From: Azolla caroliniana
Lineage: Eukaryota; Plantae; Polypodiophyta
Reading direction: 5' to 3'
Assembly (NCBI GenBank): GCA_043228905.1
Contig: JBHGNT010000021.1
Span: 13,239,372 to 13,303,371 of the forward strand
DNA: 64,000 bases
The position numbers were made by a program, and so were the translations under genes. Under the pieces are notes generated by a model, which was given only the letters and a program-made list of their open reading frames with translations, had not been told where the DNA came from and searched no databases. This document shows positions 24,464-35,233 of this stretch, piece after piece (position 1 is the stretch's first letter; each line of letters starts with the position of its first letter).

Positions 24464-27210
24464 GCTTCCGATAGTCGACGCAGACACGGATTTTTCCGTT
24501 CTTCTCTTGGACCACTACGATCGGGCTCAACCACGTGGCCCATTTAACAGGGCGTAGTAGTTTGTCGGAGTAGTTTGTCGATTTCCTCTTTGACTTTAGC
24601 GGCGTAGTTGGGGTTCATCCTGTAGCGCCTCTGCTGAACCGACCGAGTGTTGGGTAAGATGTGAATTTGATGTTGGTAGTATTGAGGATCCAACCCCTTC
24701 ATATCGGTGTAAGACCAAGTGAAAACATCCTGGTAGTCGGTGAGCAATTGTACGAGGCATGCCCGTTCTCCGGTTGGTAGATTATTGGCAATTTGTAAAG
24801 TACGGGGATTCTCGTCCGAACCGAGGTTTATTGTTTCCAGGGTTGATGCTTTCACTCGTTGTGAAATGGCGAGTTCGCGTTCGAAAGCCTCCCGAGCATG
24901 ACGTAGCTCGGCAACTGTGGTTGGATCTGGTTCATCTTGGGGTGGTGACTCCTCCGTGACTTCCTCGTCTTTAGGTGGCTCGATGGTTGGTAAGGCATTG
25001 ATTTCGAAGAGAGGGATGATCGTGGGATGATCATCTAGGAATTCATCGACCTCCTCATCGTCCAAACCGTCAAGCATATAGACCCCTTCCACGTATAACG
25101 ACGAAGTGTTGAGGGCGACGGGGACTCGTTCTTCAGTGATGATTCGGACTTTTGTCTTGCCTCTTCGGAATGAGATCATGTTGCGTTGCCAATGTTGCTT
25201 GATATTCGCTGTACGCAACCATGGTCGACCTAGTAACATTGGGTAGGCGCCTTGTGTCTCCAGTCTTAGCACGACGGCCGAGATCGTGAACATGTGGCCT
25301 CCGAGTGTGAAGTCGAGATGGCGGATTAAACCAATGGGGCGAACGGAGCGGGTGTCGGCCATCCGAAGCCAAAAGGGGCATGGTTCCCATTGATTCAGGT
25401 TGAGGTTGTGACACGTTGACTTGCTATTAACGTTTACGCTGGATCCGCCGTCGATGATGCATCCGTGCAGGTCTTGTCCCTTAATGATGATTCGCACGGC
25501 TGGGTTCTGAGAATCCATGAGTGGTGGACCAGTTCCTGCTTCGGTGAGGTGTACCGGTGGTGTCACGAGCTTAGTATTGGCCTGGAGTGCCGCCAGGGTG
25601 TCCCGAAATCTCGGCATGAGTGGTAACAGTTTATGTAGGGGCAGCGAGATGCGGGAGTAGGTAAGAACATCCCATAGCTGGTCGTCCTCCGACGACGTGG
25701 ATGGTATCGAGGTTTGTGGTGCTTCACTGGGCCCGTCTCTCATGTCAGTTTGCATGCGCACGGCATTATTTTTATTGGCCGTGTCGATCCATTCTTTTGC
25801 TGCCTGACGGACTTCATCCTGGATTTGCCACTGAGTAGTCTGCGCTTTACTCCGGGTAGTGACCGTTTGAACATCGGCCATGATACTTTTCACCGCGGGT
25901 GCCTTGCCACGGTTGGTTGTTGGACATTGTGTGGCGTAGTGGCCTGGTTGGTTACATTTAAAACATGTAACGTTGGCCGAGCTACTGGTGTCCGCTCGGT
26001 TTGTGTGTGGAAGTTGTTGTTGTTGATTCTCAATCTCGTTTGGTGGTGGGTTGTTCCGAGGTGCGTTGGAGTTGTGTTGGTCATTTTGAGGAGCATCCCG
26101 TCGGCGGTTTTCGTTAGGTCTTCTATTGTTGCGTGTGTTGCGGTTGCCGTTTCGTCGATCAATGCGTGAGTTCCGTCAGTCATACCGGTCATCGCGATCG
26201 TCATCATATCGAGCATAATCGTCGTGCCGGTCATCGCGATAATGATCATGGCGGTCATCACGTCCGTAGTTGTCGTCTCCGCGCCGTCGATCCGGGGATC
26301 GCGGTCGGTCGTTATCCTAGTCTCGGTAGACATATCACTCGTCCTGCCGAGAGTATGTATTTCATGGCTCGATCTGGCGGACCGGTGCCGCCGTTGTGCG
26401 GTTCAGCATATTATATTCGCACTGCTCGACAGTGTGAGCTCGAGACTGACAGATCGGACATTGTGGTCGGTGGGGACATTCGAGGGCCAGGTGCCCTAAT
26501 CCTAAACACGCCGTGCATTGGAGAGCTTGGCGAAAGCGATTGTCCTCTTGGGGAAGAGCATTTTGTAAGGATGCCATCGAGAAGGTTGCGTCGTGCTGGG
26601 TCCGATCGAGGGTGAGAACCCGCGCTATGACTTGTTCGATAGTATGGTTGGCGAAATTTGTAAGTGCGAGAGTCATTTGGAGAGGCTCTCATAAACTGGA
26701 TAGGAAAGTTTCCGGCATATGTTGTGCCAAGACATCATTGGCCACTTGTCTGTAGAGATCCTGGAACCGAATCGTGAACTGCGCGACTGTTTCGTGCGGT
26801 TCCTGGCATATAGAGAAGAATTGCCGGAGCAGTTCCCGTTTAGGCACCTCGCGATGAAAAAGTTCAAGGAACTTTGTGCGCACGATTTGGAAAGTGGGTG
26901 CCTCTCCTATTTCGAGGCGAGAGTACCATCGTGTGGCCGGTCCATCAAGGGAGAGTGTGAACTCGGCAATATTTGAGGCATCGATTTCGGCCGGCGTGAG
27001 GCGGTGCGTTGAGTGGTTGGCCTGCCACGTGGATATGAAGGCACGGATGTGTGACTCCGCGCCTGCTCCGTCGGTGTATCGTGGGTATGGGTACGGCATG
27101 ATGTCGTACTCTGGGTCTTCTGGTAGCACCAGAAAAGGGTTTAGTTTAGGTTGATTGACCTCCGGAGGGCTCGACGAGGGTTTTGGTGGTGAATCAACTC
27201 GCTATTGAGT
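24464..27210 (-). pseudogene. Gypsy C gag (two zinc knuckles), protease and RT start
   Basis: ORF 26689-27129 is gag-like. ORF 26362-26676 has CTAC..GH...C and CPIC...H...C. ORF 24544-25893 has IIDGGS, MLLGRPWL and YRMNP. Confidence 0.88.
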
Positions 27211-27404
27211 GTTCGGTGGCGAGGATTGCACTGGGGAAGCCTCTGATTGCTCGGGAAAGGATTGGTCAGTGACCACTGAGTCGAAAGTTTCTTCGACTGG
27301 CTCAGGGCGTCGGGCGGGTGGCCCAGACCTCGTGGTGCAAGAGGGCGTCGTAACGGCGGCTAGTGGTTACCTTCAACGAAGTTCGCTGTGCACTCACAGC
27401 TGTA

Positions 27405-27417
27405 ACCAGGCGTGCCA
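27405..27417 (-). other. Primer binding site of Gypsy C (tRNA-Arg UCU type)
   Basis: Minus strand reads tggcacgcctggt, 5 nt inside the 5' LTR; complementary to the recalled plant tRNA-Arg 3' end ...accaggcgtgcca. Confidence 0.85.
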
Positions 27418-27422
27418 AATTG

Positions 27423-27880
27423 TGTTACCCGTTCCTTTGGGTGAACACCTTCGATAGATCTGCGGCTATCGGTATTCAAGGGTGTGGTACGTGAAGGCTC
27501 ATAACAGAGGCGTCGCGAGAGAGACAATGTTCAGAGATAAAACACTAGCGAGATCTTGATAGGCGTGGGCGGCGCTGAAATCATAGGTATGAATCAAAGC
27601 ACAGACACATGGAGCAAACTGGGCACAAATCAGATATATTACGGCGACAGAAAAAGGATTACAGAACACGGCCTACGGTCGGTGACCTTACAAGATTATC
27701 TAGTTACGAGGGACTAAGCTAGTGCTTCCGGCTATATTTTTCTTCTCCCCCGCTCTGAAGTACTGGTCCTCGTTTAAATAACGTTTCCCCTAATACACAG
27801 TCGAGCCGTCGGTGGCCCGTGATACTCGGACTCGGCGTTTGCTAATTTCCTAATTTTACATTTCTGTCCTCTAGACAACA
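27423..27880 (-). repeat. 5' LTR of Gypsy C
   Basis: Direct repeat of 11902-12359. Confidence 0.95.
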
Positions 27881-29596
27881 CTTCTCTTCTAGCATTTCCC
27901 TTGCCGCATCGACAATCGACCGGTTCTTCCTCTCGGCCACACCGTTTTGCTCCAGTGTGTATCTGTAGTTGAACTCTCTCCGAATTCCTTTTGCTGCAGA
28001 TAACTGTTGAATTGGCTAGAAAAATATTCTTTTCCGCCATCCGATCGTAGGCACTTGATCTTCCTCTCCGTTTCCCGTTCAACCAGACTTTGCAGGTTCT
28101 GAAAACACTCGAAGACTTCTCTCTTCCACTCAATGAGGTAGATCCATGTGTGCTGCGTATAGTCGTCGATGAAGGAGATGAAATATCGACTCCCGCCAAG
28201 ACTAACGTTCTGTGTCGGCCCCCATACATCGGAATGTATCAAGTCGAGCTTGTTCCGGCTCCGATTATGCTCGTTGGGGAAAGAAAGTCGGTGTTGCTTC
28301 CCTAGCTGGCAGGTTTCACAAATTTGTGCCTTCCAACCACTAAATTTGGGGAAAGAAAGTCGGTAATTGACGTGGCCGATCCGCTTGTACCAGAGATCAA
28401 TGTCTGATTCAATCTTCTATCCTTTGGCAAACAAAGCGGTGTCGACGTCATTGGTGTCGAGGATGAACATCCTCCCGTCTGTACGCCCATGCGCAATAAT
28501 TTGGCCATTTTCCTCGATGAAGCACCCAAGGTGCGTAAACCGCACCTGCATCCCCTAGTCAACGATCTGATCGACTGACACTAGGTTCTTTGTGATAGTC
28601 AAAACGTGTAATACGTTCATCAGCTTCCCCCTTTGTCTGATGTGGCTCAAAGGAACTTCTCCAACATGCACGATTGGGTGAGGAGTGTCGTCTCTTGTTT
28701 GGACGACTCCCGGTTGTTCCAGTTTCTCCAAGAAGGAGAACCACTCTTTGTGGCTCGTCATGTGATTCGATGCACCGGAATCAACGTACAACACTTCCTC
28801 CGATTTGGAAGTGGTCTTCTTCATCGAGTTAGCCTCATGTTTCATCACCAAGGTTGGCCCTTTATCGGCTTTTCCGGTTTTGGATCCTCCCGATCCTTCT
28901 GCGTAGTGTGAGTATTGTCGGTTCTCCCTATCGGCCTTGCCGGATCCGGATCTGTCCGATTCAGCGCGCTTCTTCCAGCACTCGCTTTCTTTGTGGCCCT
29001 TTTTACCACAGTACCAGCACTCCGTGTCGGCCTTTGCTTTCCGGCCTCCAGCGCCGCCTTGACTCCCCCTGTTTGTGGAGGGTTCGGAACTGCTGTCGGC
29101 ACATTCTCTGTGCCTTTGGGCCTACTCTTGCGGGCTGCTACCATTGCGAGCCGACCCGCCTCATCCACCACACCCACAGGGCCGATCCGTCTCCATGTAC
29201 AACATCCTTGATTCGGGCTGTGTAATCGGCCATAGAGAGATTTTTCTGTCGGATATTGCTAAGCTCTTGCCTGAGCTGCAACTTCCTGGCCATTATGCTT
29301 GCGGCGAAAACCTTCTTTAGGTTTCCCCAAGCTTCTTTTGGCGACTTGGCATCTCGTATATGGCTTAGCAGTTGGTCTCCGACATTGAACGCGAAGCAGT
29401 ACATCACTTTGCTTGCCGCTTGTTCCCACACTGGGAAGTCCTTGTGTGCCGCATCAGGTGTTGTGTCGTTAGCTCCGTCCACATAGCTCTAGTACCCATG
29501 CCCAAGTAGTTACTGGTGCATCTTATATGACCAAGATGCGTAGTTGAATCTGTCAAGCTTCTCCATCAAGAGCGAGCTAGCCATTCCTCGGTCCAT
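27881..29596 (-). pseudogene. Copia A gag, protease and integrase N-terminus (with internal deletions)
   Basis: WEQAASKVMYC, YVDSGASNHMT, IHSDVWGP and CLRSDGG motifs; homologous to Copia D. Confidence 0.9.
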
Positions 29597-29676
29597 TACT
29601 TCTCTTTCTATTCTTACCGGGTCTTCAGATGCGAATGTCGGCTGTAGAGGTTTTTAACCCTCGCGCTCTGATACCA

Positions 29677-30095
29677 TGTGAAAGAATAGTGTGCGGAAGT
29701 AGTGGAAAACCGAAAAAAGAAGAATAGAAACACAGGTTTAATGGAGAGCTTAGAATATACACATTACATGGGGGAGAGAGAGAGAGAGCAGATAGAAACT
29801 CAATTCAAAATATTACTCAGTCTGTACATTGTATATGTTCAGTGAACACTTTTATACAAGTCCATACGGACTGACAGAAGTACGGTGTACTTCAATGCTC
29901 ACATGAGTGTCTGACACTAACTACGAGATATTAAATCCCTAGTACACTAGCTACTACTTGGCTTCCAATTACTGCTTGATCCAGCTAACCGGCTCCCAAG
30001 CTCACCGGCTCACCGATCCAGCTCATCCTTCCAGATGTCGATCCGGCTCAGGCTTATTCAGCCGATCCGGATCTGGTTGAGCTTGCCGCTCAACA
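29677..30095 (-). repeat. 5' LTR of Copia A
   Basis: Matches 231-650; adjacent PBS complement gctctgatacca at 29665-29676. Confidence 0.92.
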
Positions 30096-30716
30096 ATACT
30101 CCGTTTAGGTTCTTCTTCTTGTGAGTGTTCGTGCGAGTTAGGGTTTATGCATTTGGGGTCTTACGGTGTTGCTCTCTTTCTTCATGTGAGAATTTGGGTT
30201 GTTTGGGGTTTCAACAACGACGACTTTTGGCATTCCGGTAGCGGCACTTGGAGGTTCGGTTTCCTCTCCTCGATGGAGAGTGTTTCCCATGGAGGCCGGT
30301 TCAAGAAAGGAGGGCGAAGTGGCATGGGAACACTCCACTGTCTTCGGGGTGTGACCAACGGTGGACGTCACAGTTCCGGCGGCCCACTTGACTCGTCTTC
30401 GCCGGTCCCCATTCTTATGTTGATGTATTTGCCGGTTATTTTGTAATAGCCACCAGGTTCGGGGCATGTAAACGTCTTGTTGTAAAGCTCTTGTAATATA
30501 TGTTCATGTTGGTGTATATGTAGCTTTCATTGTAACATACTTGAGTCGGGTCCATATTCGCGGTGAACCGTTTTTGTGGAACCCTACATTCGTTGGAGCT
30601 GGAAGTCGATTCTGGACCGAAGCCCACAAAGCTTAAGGGCTCCACCATCCGTCTCCCTAGTCTGAGACCCCTGTGGTCCTGCCTCTTTCAACACGTACTC
30701 GCGGACTACCACGACA
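30096..30716 (+). repeat. Right part of Gypsy-type LTR J
   Basis: Ends gtctgagacccctgtggtcc...cacgaca, like the end of the solo LTR at ~48708-48763. Confidence 0.7.
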
Positions 30717-30735
30717 TCTTTTCTTAACATGACGT

Positions 30736-31550
30736 TGTCGTGTTGTTACGCTCACGCGTAGGAAATAAGGCAGGACCACGGGGGGCTTGAACCGAGGAGT
30801 GTGAGAGGGAGAGAAAGAGAGAGACTCGAAGAAATGCAAAGAGACTGAAAATGAAAGAATCAAATCCAATAACAATATAGATTACATCTTGCAATGTTAC
30901 AACCAGCAAGCCGGTGATAAACCAGGCAGAGATGAACGCACGCCCTGAAATACGTGGTGGAGCCTCTACCGAAAGCACACGGGCTTTCATGCAGCAGAAG
31001 CAACCAACCTAACCCAAATCCTCACAGAAGCGAAAACGATGGTGGAGGAGAGAGCTCAGTTCACAATCCGATAACACTTCGTCCTCTCAGCATGTGATCC
31101 CTACTCAAGCCCCTTTCCTCTTCCTTTATAGCACAAGGAGAGAGCCGTTTATAGACTGTTTAATTCGTGTTATTCTCCTTGATTCCCTACTTAATGAAGT
31201 AGTGCTACCTAGTATAGTTACCTCTCCAGCCTATACTTAAGTATGTATATAAATCTATCAAACATGTGCCCGTGTGTAATCGCTGGTTCACGCATATCAT
31301 CCACTGATTTCTCCTAGGGACGGTTTCCTCCATGACATCCGCCCCCACCTAATTGCGCATCCTCCGGTATGCGCAAGAATAGACTTCTGCTGGAGAGGAC
31401 CGGCCCACGATTATCTTTCGTTCTCCAGTTCGTCACCTACCCCGAACCAGTCATCATCGCCATCCATGCCCTCTGGGTCCGGTTCTTCCTCGTGCCGCTT
31501 CTTGAACGCCACTGGCACAACTATCCTCGTTCCGTCGAGTTCTACGAAGT
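30736..31550 (-). mobile_element. Truncated Gypsy of the tRNA-Trp family: 3' LTR (30736-31337), PPT and integrase tail
   Basis: tgtcg..tgaca LTR; PPT complement tccgcccccaccta; integrase tail ELDGTRI..PVA.FKKRH as in E, G and I. Confidence 0.85.
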
Positions 31551-31552
31551 AC

Positions 31553-32441
31553 ATACAGATTTTTCTGTCGGACATTGTTGAGCTCCTACCTGAGCTGCAG
31601 CTTTCTAGCCGTTGTGCTGGCGGCAAAAATCCTTTTGAGATTCGCCCACGCGTCCTTTGGTGTCTTGGCATCCCGAATATAGCTCAACAGTTGATCGCTC
31701 ACACAGGACGCGAAGTAGTACATCACTCTACTTGCCGCTTGTTCCCAAGCCGGATAGTCCCTGTGTGTCGAGTCTGGTGCCACATCGTTTGCTCCTTTAA
31801 CATAACTCCAGTAGCCATGACCGAGTAGGTACTAGTGCATGTTGTAAGACCAAGATGCGTAGTTGCTTCTATCAAGCTTTTTAGTCGGAAGTGAGCTTCC
31901 CATTCCTCTGTCCATATTACTGTCTTTTTCTTCTCCGAAAGCAAACAACTTCAACTCTGTTTTGTCACAAACTTTTCTTGTCGGCTGTAGAGTACTTCAA
32001 CCCTCACGCTCTGATACCATGTAAAAGAATACGTTGTGCGAAAACGTGTGCGTACGACACAAAGTGCCTAAACCGGGAGAATAAGACAGTTCGGTAAAAC
32101 ACGGAAAACACAAAGATGGATATGGAGGGGGAGAGACAGAGTGAGCAGATAACAGAAACTCAGATTCAAAAATAATGCTTTGTACATACATTGTGCTCAG
32201 TGAGCACCTATTATACAAGCCCTAACTATCGGGCTCACACAAGTACTGACAGTACTTGAATGCTCATAAATGAGCCTACTACACTAACTCCCAAAATTAT
32301 TCCTTACGAGGAATACCATACTAACGGCCTTCCGGTTTACGCACCGATACGGCCACGCTATGCGTACTATTTTACGCACCCAGTCTACGCACTGGGTTAC
32401 GCACCGTATTACGCACTAAATGTTGAGTTTGTCACTCAACA
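31553..32441 (-). mobile_element. Copia 5' fragment: gag start, PBS (32008-32019) and LTR (32020-32441)
   Basis: WEQAASRVMY...TARKLQLR; gctctgatacca; LTR tgtaa..caaca. Confidence 0.85.
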
Positions 32442-33282
32442 GTTTTCTTCAACAAAAAGCATCGATTGCAGCTCGAAGAATGACGATGTATTCTCTCTCA
32501 TGTAGACTGTCGTTCGGAATGATCTGAACTTAGACGCTAGCTCACTAAGTTTGTCCAAGCATCTTTGGGCGTCTTGGCATCCCAGATGCAGCAGAGTAGC
32601 TAATCACCAACGCTGGACACGAAGCAGTACATTACTTTGCTTACCACCTTCTCCCAGGCCGGAAGATCCCTGTGTGTTGTGTTCGGTGCTACATCGTTCT
32701 CTCCTTCGACATAACTCCAGTACCCGTATCCAAGGAGGTACTGGTGCATCTTGTATGACCAAGATGTGTAGTTGCTTCTGTCGAGCTTCCCATAGCTCTG
32801 TGCATTTCTATTCTGTTTTTAAAAATAAAATAAAAATTCATTGGATATGTGTTCGAATGTTCTTGTCGGTAGTAGAGGATATTCTAACCTCGTGCTCTGA
32901 TACCATGTAGAAATTACCATGCAAAAGCTACACATAGACCACAACTGGCTCAGCTGGATAGCAACAGAAGACAGAAATGCAGGTTTAATAGAAAGCTTGA
33001 GAACAATACGTGAGAGAGAGTCAGAGAGAGAGTCAAAATAATACTTTGTTATGTACATCGATCGTGCTCAGAGATCACTTTCATACAAGTCCTTAAAAGG
33101 ACTAACACAAGTACCGTCAGTACTTGAATGCTCATAAAAGAGCTCCTACACTAACTCCCAAAATATATTCCTTTGTGGAATATCTTTCCAACAGCCTTCT
33201 GGCTCTCGCCGACGGGTCCGATCCGATTCGGTTCTCGGCTTCTTCAACTGATCCGGCCCAAGTTGAGCTTGCTCGCTCAACA
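32442..33282 (-). mobile_element. Second Copia 5' fragment: deleted gag, PBS (32894-32905) and LTR (32906-33282)
   Basis: Gag homology to D; gctctgatacca; LTR ends gcttgctcgctcaaca. Confidence 0.83.
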
Positions 33283-33655
33283 TCTTTGTTATTTTCGGGA
33301 CGTGCAACACATTCATGAGTTTTCCCTTCTGTCCGACATGACTTAAGGGAACTTCACTAACATGTTCAATCAACTGCGGAGTGTCGTCTCCGGTTTCGAC
33401 CCTCCTGGTTGCTCCGATTTCTCTAAGTATCGAGAAACATTCTTCATGGCTCGTCATATGATTTGACGCTCCGGAGTCAACGTACCACACCTCATCCGAT
33501 TGTGGGGTGGTCTTCTTCATCAAGTTCGCCATATGCTTCATCACAGAGGTTGACCCTTTTTCAATTTTTCCGGTTCCAGATCCTTCCGGTCCTTCAATGT
33601 AGTGCGACTTTTGTCGATTCCTGTGTTCAGCTTTGCCGGATCCAGATTTGTTCTA
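33283..33655 (-). pseudogene. Third Copia fragment: protease region
   Basis: WYVDSGASNHMT...LHVPKITK in ORF 33146-33544. Confidence 0.85.
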
Positions 33656-33662
33656 CACTCGG

Positions 33663-34096
33663 TGTCATGATATGGCAAGACTCGAACCAATGACCTTATG
33701 TTATATGGGTCGAGCTCTTGACCATTACACTATCTATTGTAATATGTAGGATATTACTTTCATTTAAGTTTTACTATAGAAAAATAATGTATAATCCAGA
33801 TTTCTCTGGAACATTCTAGAAGCTTCAGGACTACTCCTGTGAACACTATAAAAGGAGGCACAAGGCATTATTTCGAACCAAATTGGTTCAACGCCAGTCT
33901 TAAGCCTTATAGCTATTTTGTATTTTTACTCTTCACATAATATATCATCTGTTATCATCAGTCTCTCTCTCTCTCTCTCTCGCCCTCGGTATCTCTCTCT
34001 CTCTCTCTCTCTCCTTTTCTCTCTGAGTCTTACACAGTCAATCCTCTTAGTACTAATAGTACTGATTCTCTCTGTATTTTAGTACTATTCTTTATA
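33663..34096 (+). repeat. 5' LTR of a Tcn1/chromovirus-like Gypsy (K)
   Basis: Starts tgtca; TATA tataaaa at 33847; CT tracts; followed by a self-complementary PBS at 34099-34110 and by gag. The 3' boundary is approximate. Confidence 0.65.
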
Positions 34097-34168
34097 GTTT
34101 GAACCAATTTTCCTCCCTCTGGTCTTCTTTTCGGTTTCCCTCATCCGTATACCCCTTTTTCCAATACT

Positions 34169-34544
34169 ATGCCTACTATTAGCACCGAAGAATATCAATC
34201 CGTTTTTTCCGAGCTTCAGTATCTAAAAGAAAAATTCGTTGCATTGGAACAAGAAAACCAACAATTCTTAGGGGATCTTCAACGAATCGCATTAGAAAAA
34301 CAACAAATGTAGCAACAACATGGGGAGTTACGTGTGCAACAACTCGAAGCAACCATCGTAGCGTTGCAACAAATGGGATCAAGTCCCCAAGGACTTCATA
34401 AAGAGCCCAAGATTGGACTTCCTGTGAAATTCGATGGAACACGATCACAATTCAGAGGATTCCTTAATCAGGTACGTTTAGTCATTTAGATGCATCCTTC
34501 CCGATACCCCACTGATGCATCCCAAGTAGGCATAATAGGCACGT
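34169..34544 (+). pseudogene. Tcn1-like gag, N-terminal part (stops)
   Basis: Manual translation gives MPTISTEEY...EPKIGLPVKFDGTRSQFRGFLNQVRL, a Ty3/chromovirus gag-type motif. Confidence 0.8.
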
Positions 34545-35233
34545 CGCGCGTGCGTGGAGAAACGAGGCGGGACCACCGAGGTCTTGAACCGAAGAGCAGG
34601 TGATAGAAGGGGAAAGAGAAAGAGAGAGACGCCCGGTTACGTATGAGCAAAGAAACACAGGGACACGGCCCGTCAACGCGGAAGACACGAATGGACACAG
34701 AGACAGAGAGACACGAATGTTTGTATATTAACGAATGACAAATAAACAACAGAGCACGCGAGCGGTTACAACCGAACAGGCCGGCAAACAGATGCCGATG
34801 CCTGCTCGTCTGCGCACGAAAGGGGATAGGATGGAGGTGCTGCCGGAAGCACACGGGTGTTCCTCGAAGCAACGCGAGCCTCCCGAAAACCTGCAGAGAA
34901 GAGCAATGGAGAACGAACAAAGGAGAAGCGTTCGGTTTCGGTCCGACAGCACTTCGTCCTCCTCAATAAAAATTGCCCCCCTTTTCCCTGCGTCTCCGTC
35001 TCTTTTATAGCTTCAAGAAGGGAGCCGTTTCCCTCATTAACTTCCTACCTACCGAATCTAACTACCTAGGATATACCTTTGTACCTAATTCTCTATTATA
35101 TACATTAAAGGGCGTGCACGCGTGAAGAGCCGGTTCACGTGCGCTATGCACCGATTATGCTAAGGGACGGTTTTCGTCACGACATCCGCCCCCACCTAAC
35201 CACGCATCCACCGGTATGCGCCAAAATTGGGTT

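Larger units (their letters stand above)
11902..27880 (-). mobile_element. Ty3/Gypsy LTR retrotransposon C (Athila-like non-chromovirus) with extra 3' ORF and two opposed tRNA-Arg sites
   Basis: 458-bp LTRs at 11902-12359 and 27423-27880. Perfect 5-bp TSD cttct. Minus-strand gag-PR-RT-RH-INT. No second RNase H or chromodomain seen. Confidence 0.93.
231..30095 (-). mobile_element. Ty1/Copia LTR retrotransposon A, degenerate; hosts nested B, C and D
   Basis: Similar LTRs at 231-650 and 29677-30095 (TG..CA). PPT at 651-661. PBS tggtatcagagc at 29665-29676. TSD gtact/atact (1 mismatch). gag-PR-INT-RT-RH remnants on the minus strand. Confidence 0.9.

Noticed and set aside
11902-27880. Element C being a plus-strand element with its PBS at 12362
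   Set aside because: All coding domains are on the minus strand with a PBS upstream of gag, and there is no PPT before the right LTR either. Flipping the orientation does not remove the anomaly.
33663-33740. Functional tRNA gene
   Set aside because: A and B boxes are present, but convincing acceptor and anticodon stems are not. It is reported only as tRNA-like.
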